DNA of 64,000 bases. It comes from Candidatus Omnitrophota bacterium. Lineage in GTDB: Bacteria > Omnitrophota > Gorgyraeia > Pluralincolimonadales > Pluralincolimonadaceae. Location of the stretch: assembly GCA_028716565.1 (NCBI GenBank), contig JAQUPL010000001.1, forward strand, positions 409,476 to 473,475, given 5' to 3'. The notes below the pieces were generated by a model. That model ran no database searches and was not told the origin of the DNA. It saw only the letters and a list, made by a program, of their open reading frames with translations. Positions 8,932 to 18,802 of the stretch are shown here, piece by piece. Position 1 is the first letter of the stretch. Every line of letters begins with the position of its first letter. The position numbers and the translations under genes were made by a program.

Positions 8932-9752
8932 TTGCTCTTATGCCCCCAGCAAACCCAACCGGCCGTATCCTTCATTCTCGAAATTTTTGTCCCTGTAAAC
9001 CCGGCTTCCTCCAAAAGGCCCAGTAATTCAGACCTGCCAAACCTATGCTCGATGGGCGCGCCGAATCTATCGTAAAGGTCGCCCCTCAACGAGAATGGCC
9101 CCTTTCCAAAATTAAAAGGGACATTCTCGGCTATCTTTTCCGTTGTTTTAAACATTCCCAATATTTTTGAAGGGACGGTAAAAAATAAATAAATGACCGG
9201 CGAAAGCGCATAACACAATAAATAAAGGACCCTCTTGGGAACCCTTGTCGTGAGCATCCTTAGAAGGTTGATCAATTTGATGGCCATATATTTAAAAAAA
9301 TTCTCGGAATGGTCTTCATAGAGATACAGGAAAATAGGCGCGTCTTTCTTTAAAATCCGCGCGATCTCGGCCAAGCCTTTCTTAGGTTCCGGGGTATGGT
9401 GCAAAACGCCGAATGAATAGGCGAAATCGAATATCCCGCCGTTTAAAGGGATCTCTAAAGCGGAACCCTTGATAATCTCAACATTATTAAGCCCGGCTGT
9501 GATCTTTTTTTCCGTAAATACCCCGTCCGAAATATCCATGCTGACTATCCGGACAGAGGGATTGTCCCTTGCCATGATGAAACTGTCAAAACCGCAGCCT
9601 GAGCCCACATCTATGCCGATCTCCCCCCTTACTATCGGCTCATCTATTACGTCCTGCATCCTGTCAAAATGCCATTTTTCTACCGGCTTTAAGACATTCG
9701 GCCTTGTCCATAGAAACCCGTAAGTCCTCCCCGTTATTCCGGACTTATCCAT
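8928..9752 (-). CDS. class I SAM-dependent methyltransferase
   Basis: IDVGSGCGFDSFIMA motif I and Methyltransf_11-like layout. Confidence 0.7.
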   Translation of the reverse strand: MDKSGITGRTYGFLWTRPNVLKPVEKWHFDRMQDVIDEPIVRGEIGIDVGSGCGFDSFIMARDNPSVRIVSMDISDGVFTEKKITAGLNNVEIIKGSALEIPLNGGIFDFAYSFGVLHHTPEPKKGLAEIARILKKDAPIFLYLYEDHSENFFKYMAIKLINLLRMLTTRVPKRVLYLLCYALSPVIYLFFTVPSKILGMFKTTEKIAENVPFNFGKGPFSLRGDLYDRFGAPIEHRFGRSELLGLLEEAGFTGTKISRMKDTAGWVCWGHKSK

Positions 9753-9754
9753 CT

Positions 9755-11260
9755 TTAGGCGGTAAGGTAGGGTTCCAGTAATTTTGTCACAGGACCCAGA
9801 TCCCTGCTATCATAATACCGGTCAACCATTTCGTTTATATCTTTCTTGTTTACTTTCTCTTCCAGGGCCAGGAAAGAGATATACATTGCCAAACGGTTAA
9901 TAAAAGAAACGTCGTTGTCCCTCCCGTCGATATTTACTTTATAATATTGCACGCCTTCGGGCGGTTTATAAAAATCATCTGTATCGGCTTCTGTGATGAA
10001 CCCGCGCTCCAGGGCCATATTGGTTATTTCTGTCTTTGGAAAATATTTTAAAGAAAACAGGTTAAGGTAGAACGGCTGGGGCAGCTCCAGGATAAGCTTG
10101 ATGCTTTCAAGCGAATCTTCGAATGTTTCGAACGGGTTATCGAAAATGAAGTCGTATTTCACATTTATGCCGTATTCCTTGAATACTTCCGCCTGTTTCA
10201 GGACTTTTTCATTCGGGTAAAACCTTTTGAAGATATCCCTCCTTATCCTCTCGGACCCCGATTGTACTCCGAGCCAGACCCCGTTCAGCATTGCTCCCTT
10301 CAACGCTTTTGCCGTCTCCCTTGAGCATGTCCCGGGATAGAAAAAACAGTAAAAAGGCAGGGCAACCTCTTTCAGATACTTGCCGCAAAATTCCTCCAAC
10401 CATGCCTTGTCCGGGATAAAGACTTCATCCAGGAAATCTATCCTTTCTATTTTCGGGAATCTCGCCTTGATCTCGGACAGTTCCGACAGCACGTGGCTGA
10501 CGCTCCTGTGCCTCGTCTTAGACCAGTCCCGGTGATAGACCTTGTTTGCCATGTATTCATTGGAGCAATATGTGCATTTATAGGGGCAACCCCTGCTGGC
10601 CATGATGCCGTACCGGACATTATTCACAAAAGGCTCTCCCGGGATCAAACTGCCGTCTTCGATGGAATATACGGTCTCATCATTAAAAACCGGTACGGGA
10701 TTGTTGTTTAGGTCCTTAACCAGAGGCCGCACGCCATTTTTTACCGTAGCCCCGGCTTTATTGACCCATAAATTCTGCAAATGGTCGATCGGCCGGCCGT
10801 TGAACAAGCTGTCAACGACCTCGGATATGGTTTCGTCTCCCTCGCCGATACATAACGCATCGCAATATTGTATGGTATGCTCGGGGTTAAGGGATGCCTG
10901 CCAGCCCCCTATTATAATGGTAAAATCGCCGAGGCCGCGGATCTTGCTATATATTTTCTTATAAAGCTCAAAGTTCGATGATACCAGGCTGAATGCTATT
11001 ACATCGGGTTTATAATCTACGACGAAATCCGCAAAGATCTGTAATTCAGTATCTGTCAATTCATTCGGTTCGTGTAAAAACGACTTTTTCAGGTACTCTT
11101 GTCCTCTCTGGTTCCTTATGGGGAATTTCTTGATAAAGACCATCCGGGCATCGTAACCTTTATGGTAGACGATCGAATGCAACAGCCTTATATTCAAGGC
11201 CTCATCGTTAAACAGCGAGGCGAACAGGACGCGGAATTGTTTTTTATCTTTCATATCCAT
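9755..11260 (-). CDS. B12-binding (class B) radical SAM protein
   Basis: N-terminal cobalamin-binding-like Rossmann region followed by RGCPYKCTYCSNEY (CxxxCxxC). Confidence 0.75.
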   Translation of the reverse strand: MDMKDKKQFRVLFASLFNDEALNIRLLHSIVYHKGYDARMVFIKKFPIRNQRGQEYLKKSFLHEPNELTDTELQIFADFVVDYKPDVIAFSLVSSNFELYKKIYSKIRGLGDFTIIIGGWQASLNPEHTIQYCDALCIGEGDETISEVVDSLFNGRPIDHLQNLWVNKAGATVKNGVRPLVKDLNNNPVPVFNDETVYSIEDGSLIPGEPFVNNVRYGIMASRGCPYKCTYCSNEYMANKVYHRDWSKTRHRSVSHVLSELSEIKARFPKIERIDFLDEVFIPDKAWLEEFCGKYLKEVALPFYCFFYPGTCSRETAKALKGAMLNGVWLGVQSGSERIRRDIFKRFYPNEKVLKQAEVFKEYGINVKYDFIFDNPFETFEDSLESIKLILELPQPFYLNLFSLKYFPKTEITNMALERGFITEADTDDFYKPPEGVQYYKVNIDGRDNDVSFINRLAMYISFLALEEKVNKKDINEMVDRYYDSRDLGPVTKLLEPYLTA

Positions 11261-11350
11261 CTTCGACGTATATGTTCCGTTTTATCTACTTTTGTGATAA
11301 AATGTTTCCATTAACAGAATAAATTAACAAGACTTAGACTAGGTATACTG

Positions 11351-12481
11351 ATGAAGATATTATTTATTGCAGAGCCTTTGACCTCACATACCCAAAAGTG
11401 GCTGCGTTTTTTGGGCGAAGCGGGACATCAAATTTATGTGTTATCTTATCATAACAGGTATGCCAATACAATTAAAAATGTCTCTGAAATAGCCCATTTT
11501 GAGCCCGTCAATAAGAACCCTTTCATTTTCTTAAAATACCTCCTCGAACTTAAAAAGATCGCAAAAAGAATAAAGCCGGATGCGCTGACATGCCACTATG
11601 CCCTTGGAACGCCAGGCTTATTAGCGGCGCTCTCCAGTTTCCATCCCCAAATGATAACTATTTTGGGGGGCATAGACATATACGGCCATAGATCTACGAA
11701 TTGGCTAAGATATTTAATACATAATAAACTAATGGCGAAATTTATCTTCAAAACAAGCGATATGATAATCGTCGGCTGTAAAGACCACAAACAACATTTG
11801 CTTGAAAACGGCGTACCCGGCGAAAAAATAGTCGTTATCATGGGCGATATCGGCTTAGGCGTTGACTTAAAGATGTTCAATAACAGGTACGATACCACAC
11901 AGATAAAAAGAGACCTGGATCTAACGGGTAAATTCGTGGTTTTTTGCCCCAGAAGGCTGGTTGCCTATACCAATGTGGAGCTGCTGGTAAAGTCGATCCC
12001 GTTATTAAAGGACAAAATACCCAATATCGTTTTAATGTTGCATACTTATGTCGCAGACGCCAAATATCTGGACTATATCAAAGAGCTTACCCGTAAGACC
12101 GGGATTGAAAACAATGTGGTCTTCACGGAAGAAAGGGCTTATGAAGAAATGCCCCTTCTTTATTGCGCCTCGGATTGTACCGTATCTATCTCCTCTTTCG
12201 ACGGCACGCCCTCAAGCATAGCAGAATCGATGGCCTGCAGAATCCCGGTAATAGCCTATGATATCACTTCTATCCGCGAATGGATAAAAGACGGCCAAAG
12301 CGGGATACTCATCAAAAAACTGGATCCGGAAGAGCTATCTAATGCCATTCTCAAGATCTATTCCGATAAAAAGGAGACGGAAAAAATCATTGAAAATGCG
12401 GCAAACTTTGTAGAGAAAAATCTGGACATGGAAAAATGCAAAAAAACTCTCCTGGATATATACCAAAAGATAAAGGCCTAA
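11351..12481 (+). CDS. glycosyltransferase family 4 (only plus-strand gene in the window)
   Basis: 376 aa, GT-B GT4-like, with a C-terminal E-x7-E-like region. Confidence 0.6.
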   Translation: MKILFIAEPLTSHTQKWLRFLGEAGHQIYVLSYHNRYANTIKNVSEIAHFEPVNKNPFIFLKYLLELKKIAKRIKPDALTCHYALGTPGLLAALSSFHPQMITILGGIDIYGHRSTNWLRYLIHNKLMAKFIFKTSDMIIVGCKDHKQHLLENGVPGEKIVVIMGDIGLGVDLKMFNNRYDTTQIKRDLDLTGKFVVFCPRRLVAYTNVELLVKSIPLLKDKIPNIVLMLHTYVADAKYLDYIKELTRKTGIENNVVFTEERAYEEMPLLYCASDCTVSISSFDGTPSSIAESMACRIPVIAYDITSIREWIKDGQSGILIKKLDPEELSNAILKIYSDKKETEKIIENAANFVEKNLDMEKCKKTLLDIYQKIKA

Positions 12482-13191
12482 TCCTCGGCAACCGGTTTTT
12501 TCATGAAATACATAAATCTCCTAAGCGGAGATTGGATCGCGCCCCTGCTTAGCCTCCATTTCTGAAAGTTTATAGAATCCAAATTTTTGAAAAATTTTTC
12601 ATAGTTACCGGGGATATCTCTTTTAATGCCGCTGACGGCTTTCCAGTCTCCCCCGGATAAGTCTGAAATGCCGGCTATCTGGCCTTTTTTGTTCACGAAA
12701 TAGACGCCGTTATAGACGTCAAAAACGGCCCACGTACCCCTTAAGTTCACGAACGACAAAGGTTTCCTCCCCTCCCCCGTTTCTGAATATACGTCATAAA
12801 AGAAGGAATTGACGTTTGCGTAGTTACAGAGGGTGGTAAAAACGTCCTGGAACTGGTCGTCGACCGCGTATCCCCTTATAATGATATGCCAGACATGATC
12901 GTCTATTATGGGTAATTCCTTCGGATTGTCCTTTAAGTTTGCGCGTGTCCATTCAAATATCTTCATCGCCTTATCTTCGTCGCTTTTGGCGCCCGAGACT
13001 ATCTTCTTCGCCAGGACCCCATAATTATAATGCCTGTCAAAGAAATCCAGTAATTTAAGATATAAAGGCAGCTTGACGGCATGGACTTTATAATTTACTC
13101 CCTGCAGGGTCGTGACCTCCAGGTTAAGGAGGAGCGCCGTTACGGCCAAAGCGGCGATACAGCCCAGCAACCCGTATCTGTATTTTTTCAT
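12478..13191 (-). CDS. hypothetical exported or membrane-anchored protein (last gene of the long minus-strand unit)
   Basis: N-terminal hydrophobic signal/anchor LLGCIAALAVTALLL; no confident family assignment. Confidence 0.45.
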   Translation of the reverse strand: MKKYRYGLLGCIAALAVTALLLNLEVTTLQGVNYKVHAVKLPLYLKLLDFFDRHYNYGVLAKKIVSGAKSDEDKAMKIFEWTRANLKDNPKELPIIDDHVWHIIIRGYAVDDQFQDVFTTLCNYANVNSFFYDVYSETGEGRKPLSFVNLRGTWAVFDVYNGVYFVNKKGQIAGISDLSGGDWKAVSGIKRDIPGNYEKFFKNLDSINFQKWRLSRGAIQSPLRRFMYFMKKPVAED

Positions 13192-15089
13192 ATCGCGGTA
13201 TCCATGAATTTTTTATGCCACAATTCGAGCATCAAGATCGCCCATAACTGGAATGCGTAATCTTTTTTCCCGGAGGTATGGTCTTCGACCATCCTCTTTA
13301 TCGCGCCGGGTTTAAAATACCCCCTTTTAAGAGAGGGCGCGGAAAGCACCGTGTCGCATAAGAAACCCTTGAGTTCCCCCCTGAACCATTGCCCGACCGG
13401 CATTCCGAACCCCATCTTTCTCCTGCGGATATTCTCTTCCGGAAGCAGCCCTTTGACGGCCTTTCGCAGGATGTATTTCTTTGTGCCCCGCCTGATCTTA
13501 AAATCGGAAGGCAGCTTTGCGGCAAACTCGATGAGTTTATGGTCGAGGAACGGAGACCTCGCTTCGAGGGAGTTAGCCATACTGGCTATATCAACCTTGA
13601 CCAGCAGGTCATCGGGCAGGTACGTCGAGGTATCGGCCAAAAGAAGGCGGTCCAGCAGATCCGGTTTGCCGGGGCGATTTAAGTAAGGTTCCAGGATAGC
13701 TAAAGGACCGGATGAACGGGTCTCTTTTAAAAACTCGTCCGAATACAACTCATCCGGGCGGACCTCCCCCAGGATACCGGCCCACCTTAGGTACCTCTCT
13801 CCCGCCGGCAGCCCCGCGCTGCCTAAAAATCTCTTTAACCGCCTGAGCGTATCTTTTTGATTGACAGAATCGGGAAGGATGCCCGCTAACCCGCTTATCA
13901 TGTTTCTTAAGTATATGGGTAATTTTTGCAGGTTTTCCGAGATCAGCATTGCCTGGTATCTCTCGTACCCTCCGAATGCCTCGTCGCCGCCGTCGCCGTT
14001 CAAGGCTACCGTCACGAATCGCCTTGTCTCCCGGCAGACGTAATAAGTAGGTATACAGGAGGAGTCGGCATAAGGTTCCCCGTACCTTTCTACCAACAAA
14101 GGAAGGATCTCAAGCGCGTTCGGTTTCACGATAAACTCGTGATGTTCCGTCGCGAATTTTCCCGCGACCATCCTTGCGTATTTAAGCTCGTTGTAATCGG
14201 ATTCCTCAAAACCTATTGAAAAAGTCTTTACTTTAGCGCCGGATACCTGGCTCATCAGGCCTACTACCGCGCTTGAGTCGATTCCTCCGCTTAAGAAAGC
14301 CCCCAAAGGCACATCGCTGTATAACCTGATTTTTACCGCTTCTTTGAGCAATCTTAAGACTTCCTCCGAGGCTTCTTCTTCCGAAATATTTATTTTGCCG
14401 GAATAATCAACCTGCCAGTACCGTTCCAGGCGGATATTTCCGTCTTTCAATGTCAAGGTATGCGCCGCCGGAAGCTTAAAGACGCCGTTATAGATCGTGA
14501 ACGGGGCCGGCACATAACCGAAATTCATATAATAATCAACCGCCTTGAGATTTATACTTTTATTGATTAAGCCGCTTGCCAAAATTGATGAAAATTCAGA
14601 CGCAAAACAAAAAATATTCCCCGATCGGCAATAGAGAAGCGGCTTTTTCCCTACCCTGTCTCTCCCCAAAAAAAGGTTTTTCTTTTTTTCATCCCATACC
14701 GCAAATGCAAACATGCCGCGGAGATGCCTTACGCACTCCTCTCCGTAAGTTTCGTAAAGATGTACCATGACCTCGGTGTCTGAATCAGACTTGAATATAT
14801 GCCCTCTCATTTTCAGTTCATCTTTTAGATCTTTGTAATTATATATCTCTCCGTTAAAGACCAGCTGGACCGACCCGTCCTCATTGCTCATTGGCTGGTG
14901 GCCTGCCTGGGACAGATCAATGATGCTTAGTCTCCTATGGCCCAGGGCTACGGAAGGAATCCCGTTGTTCAGATAAATACCCCCGTCATCCGGGCCCCTG
15001 TGCCTCAATTCCCTGCACATATCCTTTATCGTCTTTTCTCCCGCAATACCGCTCCCTATATGATCGACGATCCCGCAAACACCGCACAT
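13188..15089 (-). CDS. asparagine synthase (glutamine-hydrolysing) family amidotransferase (WbpS-like)
   Basis: MCGVCGI N-terminal nucleophile Cys and SGGIDSS PP-loop; 633 aa. Confidence 0.8.
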   Translation of the reverse strand: MCGVCGIVDHIGSGIAGEKTIKDMCRELRHRGPDDGGIYLNNGIPSVALGHRRLSIIDLSQAGHQPMSNEDGSVQLVFNGEIYNYKDLKDELKMRGHIFKSDSDTEVMVHLYETYGEECVRHLRGMFAFAVWDEKKKNLFLGRDRVGKKPLLYCRSGNIFCFASEFSSILASGLINKSINLKAVDYYMNFGYVPAPFTIYNGVFKLPAAHTLTLKDGNIRLERYWQVDYSGKINISEEEASEEVLRLLKEAVKIRLYSDVPLGAFLSGGIDSSAVVGLMSQVSGAKVKTFSIGFEESDYNELKYARMVAGKFATEHHEFIVKPNALEILPLLVERYGEPYADSSCIPTYYVCRETRRFVTVALNGDGGDEAFGGYERYQAMLISENLQKLPIYLRNMISGLAGILPDSVNQKDTLRRLKRFLGSAGLPAGERYLRWAGILGEVRPDELYSDEFLKETRSSGPLAILEPYLNRPGKPDLLDRLLLADTSTYLPDDLLVKVDIASMANSLEARSPFLDHKLIEFAAKLPSDFKIRRGTKKYILRKAVKGLLPEENIRRRKMGFGMPVGQWFRGELKGFLCDTVLSAPSLKRGYFKPGAIKRMVEDHTSGKKDYAFQLWAILMLELWHKKFMDTAI

Positions 15090-16180
15090 TATATTTGACC
15101 CTGCCTGTTTTTCTTATAAGCTTCTTTTAAAACAGCTATAAATTTAGGCGCATTTACCTTAACCGAGTATCTTTCTTCCACCGTCTTTTTCGCTTCAATC
15201 CCCATTCTCTTCCTAAGCCCGGAGTCTTCGATCAATAGGGTGAGTTTTTTTAGCCATTGATCTTCGTCAGAAGCCAAGAAACCGTTAACCCCGTCCGCTA
15301 TTATCTCCTTGTTCATGCCCACCGGAGAGCATACAGAAGGTATTGCCATGCTCATGTACAGGATAGCCTTGAACCCGCATTTTCCTCTTGTCCATTCGTT
15401 ATCCGGCATGGGCATTATCCCTATATCAAACGTCCTCAATTGGCCTAATTCTTCTTCAAGCGACCATGGCACGCAGATCACGCCCGGAATTTTACCGTTA
15501 TCGAGATCCCCTCCGACTATCTTAAATTCGATATTGGGAAAGCGCTCCGATAACTTCGCAAATACGCCCGTCATCGGTTTTAAGAAATCCATCGTTGTGA
15601 CGCTGCCTATCCAGCCAACGACCACTTTTTCCCGGATGTCCCCGGCGGCCGGATAATACTTATCCAGATCGACGGGAGTAGGTATCACGGAAACACACCG
15701 GTTATGGCGCAGCGCAAATTCGGCCAGATAGTCGTTTCCTGCTATCACGTAGTCGCTAAGTTCCACTATCTTGGCTATTTTCTGCGGTTTTTTGTATTTT
15801 TCTATAAAATTATTCTGAGGGCTGGTAAAAGGCAGGAATATTGCGTCATCAAAATCGAATATTACCGGTTTTCTGACAAAACTCACAACCGATTCGAAGA
15901 AACAGCTGCCGAGCGGAAAAGCCTCTCTGTGTACAAAAACGACGTCATACCCCGATAACTGAAATATGTCCAGAAAACGCGAGGCGACCCCTAATAAAAA
16001 AAAGAATACCTTTTTAAAATAGTTCCCCTTTTCATATAAAACCTTAAAGGCGGCGCTACTCCAAAAAGGGTGAAGAGCGGCAGATATGCCTTCCTTTTCT
16101 AAATAAGGGAGGTATTGCTCTATCCTATACCTGTTGCTTGCGCCCTCGTGCGGATACGGGACCCAGAATAATACTTTCAT
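15089..16180 (-). CDS. glycosyltransferase family 4-like
   Basis: EWTRGKCGFKAILYMSMAIPSVCSPVGMNKEII region resembles the GT4 donor-binding motif. Confidence 0.6.
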   Translation of the reverse strand: MKVLFWVPYPHEGASNRYRIEQYLPYLEKEGISAALHPFWSSAAFKVLYEKGNYFKKVFFFLLGVASRFLDIFQLSGYDVVFVHREAFPLGSCFFESVVSFVRKPVIFDFDDAIFLPFTSPQNNFIEKYKKPQKIAKIVELSDYVIAGNDYLAEFALRHNRCVSVIPTPVDLDKYYPAAGDIREKVVVGWIGSVTTMDFLKPMTGVFAKLSERFPNIEFKIVGGDLDNGKIPGVICVPWSLEEELGQLRTFDIGIMPMPDNEWTRGKCGFKAILYMSMAIPSVCSPVGMNKEIIADGVNGFLASDEDQWLKKLTLLIEDSGLRKRMGIEAKKTVEERYSVKVNAPKFIAVLKEAYKKNRQGQI

Positions 16181-16181
16181 C

Positions 16182-17378
16182 TCAGGTCAGCCTTCGGTAG
16201 ATCATGCTGTATTTATCGATCCCCTGCTCAAGCGAAAAATATTCTTTCGCGGAGGAGACACACTTCTTCCTGAGGCCTTCACTTACAGGTAATAATCCCG
16301 ATGCCTTCACTGCGGCTTCTTCGATCCCTCCGGGGCCTGAAAGATCGGCGACCACGCCTACGTTTTCCCTGTTTATCACCTCTTCCGTATCGCCGATGCC
16401 GGAATTGATCACTACCGGCAGGCCGCAGGATAAGCTTTCGGCAAATTTTATGGGGGAGCAGCCCGCCGAGGAGAGCCGGCGCTTATAGAACATTATTGAC
16501 AGGGCCGAGGAGGATAAGGCAAGCGGAATATCCTTGCGGGATAGACCGGTTACCGCAAAATCATGCCTGTCTATGCCGTGTCCCAAAATAACGCCCTCGA
16601 CCTCCCCGGCCGCGGAATTCGTGACCAGCCAGAAATAGGCGCCGCGGATCTTTTCCTTTAAGGCCTTAAAAAAAAGCGCCATCCCATCCAGGTCGTAAAA
16701 CGTCCCGGTGCTTCCTAAATATATTAAAACGGGCCTGTTCATTGCGTCACCGGGCAGGATATCCCCCCGCGGTTTCGGACCAAAGAACCCGGTATCAACG
16801 CAGCACGGGATGACCGTGATCGCGGCCCCGGGGAAATCCTTCTTCAGGGACCTCTCCGCCGACCCGGCCAGGACGACTATCTCATCGCTTCCTTTTATAA
16901 GCATCCTCTCTATCTTCTTGAATAACGCATAGACCGGGCTGCCTTTCTCCCAGGCACCTGCGTCGACTTTTTCGTCCGGCCAAAAACCCCTCATGTCAAA
17001 TATTAATCTTTTCCCGGCCACCCGCTTAAGAAAGAGCCCTATCAGCGCAGGGATATATCCCCTTGCGTGCACGGCCCCGACATCGCCCTTTCGTATACTT
17101 GATAACGCCGAACAAGAACCCTTTATAATGTCATAAACAGTGGCCGGGATCGCGGGTGACCTGTGGTATTTTAACGGTCCCCAGGTTATGCCGTTCTTTT
17201 CCAGCTCCGCCTTGACCTCCTCCCGGCCCTTCCCTGCGCCCATTCTTTCCTTCTTCTCGAAACTGATGACGGAGATGCCGAATCCCCTGTTTGACAATCC
17301 CTTGAGATACGGCAAGACCTGAGATTGGGCTACCGGGTCCATCAGGCCGTCATAAGTGATATACAGGATCTTCTTCAT
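16182..17378 (-). CDS. glycosyltransferase family 4
   Basis: 398 aa, GT-B, Glyco_trans_4 N-domain and GT1-type C-domain. Confidence 0.65.
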   Translation of the reverse strand: MKKILYITYDGLMDPVAQSQVLPYLKGLSNRGFGISVISFEKKERMGAGKGREEVKAELEKNGITWGPLKYHRSPAIPATVYDIIKGSCSALSSIRKGDVGAVHARGYIPALIGLFLKRVAGKRLIFDMRGFWPDEKVDAGAWEKGSPVYALFKKIERMLIKGSDEIVVLAGSAERSLKKDFPGAAITVIPCCVDTGFFGPKPRGDILPGDAMNRPVLIYLGSTGTFYDLDGMALFFKALKEKIRGAYFWLVTNSAAGEVEGVILGHGIDRHDFAVTGLSRKDIPLALSSSALSIMFYKRRLSSAGCSPIKFAESLSCGLPVVINSGIGDTEEVINRENVGVVADLSGPGGIEEAAVKASGLLPVSEGLRKKCVSSAKEYFSLEQGIDKYSMIYRRLT

Positions 17379-18802
17379 GAACCCCGGTTATCTGCCCGTT
17401 GTCTTGTAAGGGCGTACGCCGCAAATATAAAAGCGACGGGTATGAACATGTCTTTATGCCGGAAAGCCGTCCCGATATTGCTTTCGAAAAGAGCGGCAGG
17501 CAGGATAAGCACCAAGAGTAAAGCCGTGAGCGTAAGCGAGGTATACTTATCCTTCTTCAGGAAAAGCAACCATCCCGTTACGGTAAACGGGGCCATTAAA
17601 TACCAATAAATGACCTGCGGATAAAAAGGCAGGAAGCTCAGGCTCCAGTTCCCGAACGGGAACGGTGCAAAGAAAAAATACAAGATCGCTTTTAGGATAG
17701 TCGCAAGGTATCCGAAAGAAAAGACATCTCCGGGCGACAGCTTACCCTGCTGGTAGACCAGATCCGAGTATATCCTGTAATTTGTCTGAGAAGGATGGTA
17801 TGCCCCGCCCGAAACTACCTGGGCAAGGTTAATTCGGGCAATGAAATTAGCGGTATTTACGATCTTTGAGGTTATTGTCGTCCTATCCGCAAATACAAAC
17901 GCTAAGATAAAATATACGGCGAAGATCAAAGATACCCTTAGGATAGTGCTTTTCCCTACCTTAAGCGCTTTTAGAAGGGCGAATACAGAAACCACGCCCA
18001 ATCCTGCCAACAATGATATTGATAACTTAGTCCTGAAGAGGTTCGATAGATATATAAAAAGCAGGGCCCAGAATATATATTTAAACTTCTTTTCCGTGAT
18101 CAGCTTGACAAGGAATAATAAATAAGCCAAAAGCAAAAAATTACTGACGCTGTCGCGCAAGCCGGTGACAGACCAGTAGAAAATAGACGGGAAGAACGCA
18201 AAAATTACGGCGGCGATACGCGAGGGCTTCTCCTCTCCAAAGAGCCGGCGGGAGATCAAATACACAAGAATAATGCTTAAGCAGCAAATAAGGCTGTTGG
18301 TCATTTTAGCCGCGACCGGCGCATAACCGAGCCACGCATAAAAAACGCCCAACCCAAAAACATTACTGTCGAATTGGTATCCCCCGAGGTCGGGCAGCCG
18401 GTTGTCATGGAAGTACCGCGTCTTATCAAGCATCCTGTCCAAGAACGGGTCCCTGGCCCTGGCAAGGTTTTCTTCCGCGGGATTATCCTTCAACAAATGA
18501 GAGATATAAAAGGCGTTAACATTGTAGACTGCGGCGTCAGGCTGGGTATCTCCTCCCCAGAAAGGAGGCTCGAGGCCTACATTATAATTGACCAGGCACA
18601 TTGCCGCCCTGAGGATAAAACTTATGATGAAAAGTTTTATCAGGAAACTTGAGGATTCTTTTTTAAAAAATAGTTTTATTGCGAGCAGGGACGCCAAAAA
18701 AAGGGACAGGACGAATAAACCGGCGGTATAGAACGTCAAAATAAAGCCGAGGACGATCCCCAGTAAAATATATGAGAATACCGCTATTTTATTCAAGATC
18801 AT
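17375..18802 (-). CDS. polytopic membrane protein, GT-C (ArnT/PMT, GT39/83)-like or Wzy-like
   Basis: At least 10 TM segments. YLISRRLFGEEKPSRIAAVIFAFFPSIFYWS resembles the ArnT/PMT loop region. Confidence 0.4.
   Translation of the reverse strand: MILNKIAVFSYILLGIVLGFILTFYTAGLFVLSLFLASLLAIKLFFKKESSSFLIKLFIISFILRAAMCLVNYNVGLEPPFWGGDTQPDAAVYNVNAFYISHLLKDNPAEENLARARDPFLDRMLDKTRYFHDNRLPDLGGYQFDSNVFGLGVFYAWLGYAPVAAKMTNSLICCLSIILVYLISRRLFGEEKPSRIAAVIFAFFPSIFYWSVTGLRDSVSNFLLLAYLLFLVKLITEKKFKYIFWALLFIYLSNLFRTKLSISLLAGLGVVSVFALLKALKVGKSTILRVSLIFAVYFILAFVFADRTTITSKIVNTANFIARINLAQVVSGGAYHPSQTNYRIYSDLVYQQGKLSPGDVFSFGYLATILKAILYFFFAPFPFGNWSLSFLPFYPQVIYWYLMAPFTVTGWLLFLKKDKYTSLTLTALLLVLILPAALFESNIGTAFRHKDMFIPVAFIFAAYALTRQRADNRGS

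Noticed and set aside
11261-11350. Specific -35/-10 promoter hexamers in the divergent intergenic region between 9755..11260 (minus) and 11351..12481 (plus)
   Set aside because: The 90-nt region is AT-rich and must contain start signals for both divergent genes, but only weak 3-4 of 6 hexamer matches (TTAACA/TAGACT, TTGTTA/...) were found. None is convincing enough to annotate.
12478-13191. Possible transglutaminase-like cysteine protease call for the 237-aa exported protein
   Set aside because: A His (DDHVWH) precedes the only candidate Cys (TLCNY), which is the wrong order for the Cys-His-Asp transglutaminase core, and there is no G-C-x-x-F-A type motif. It is left as hypothetical.
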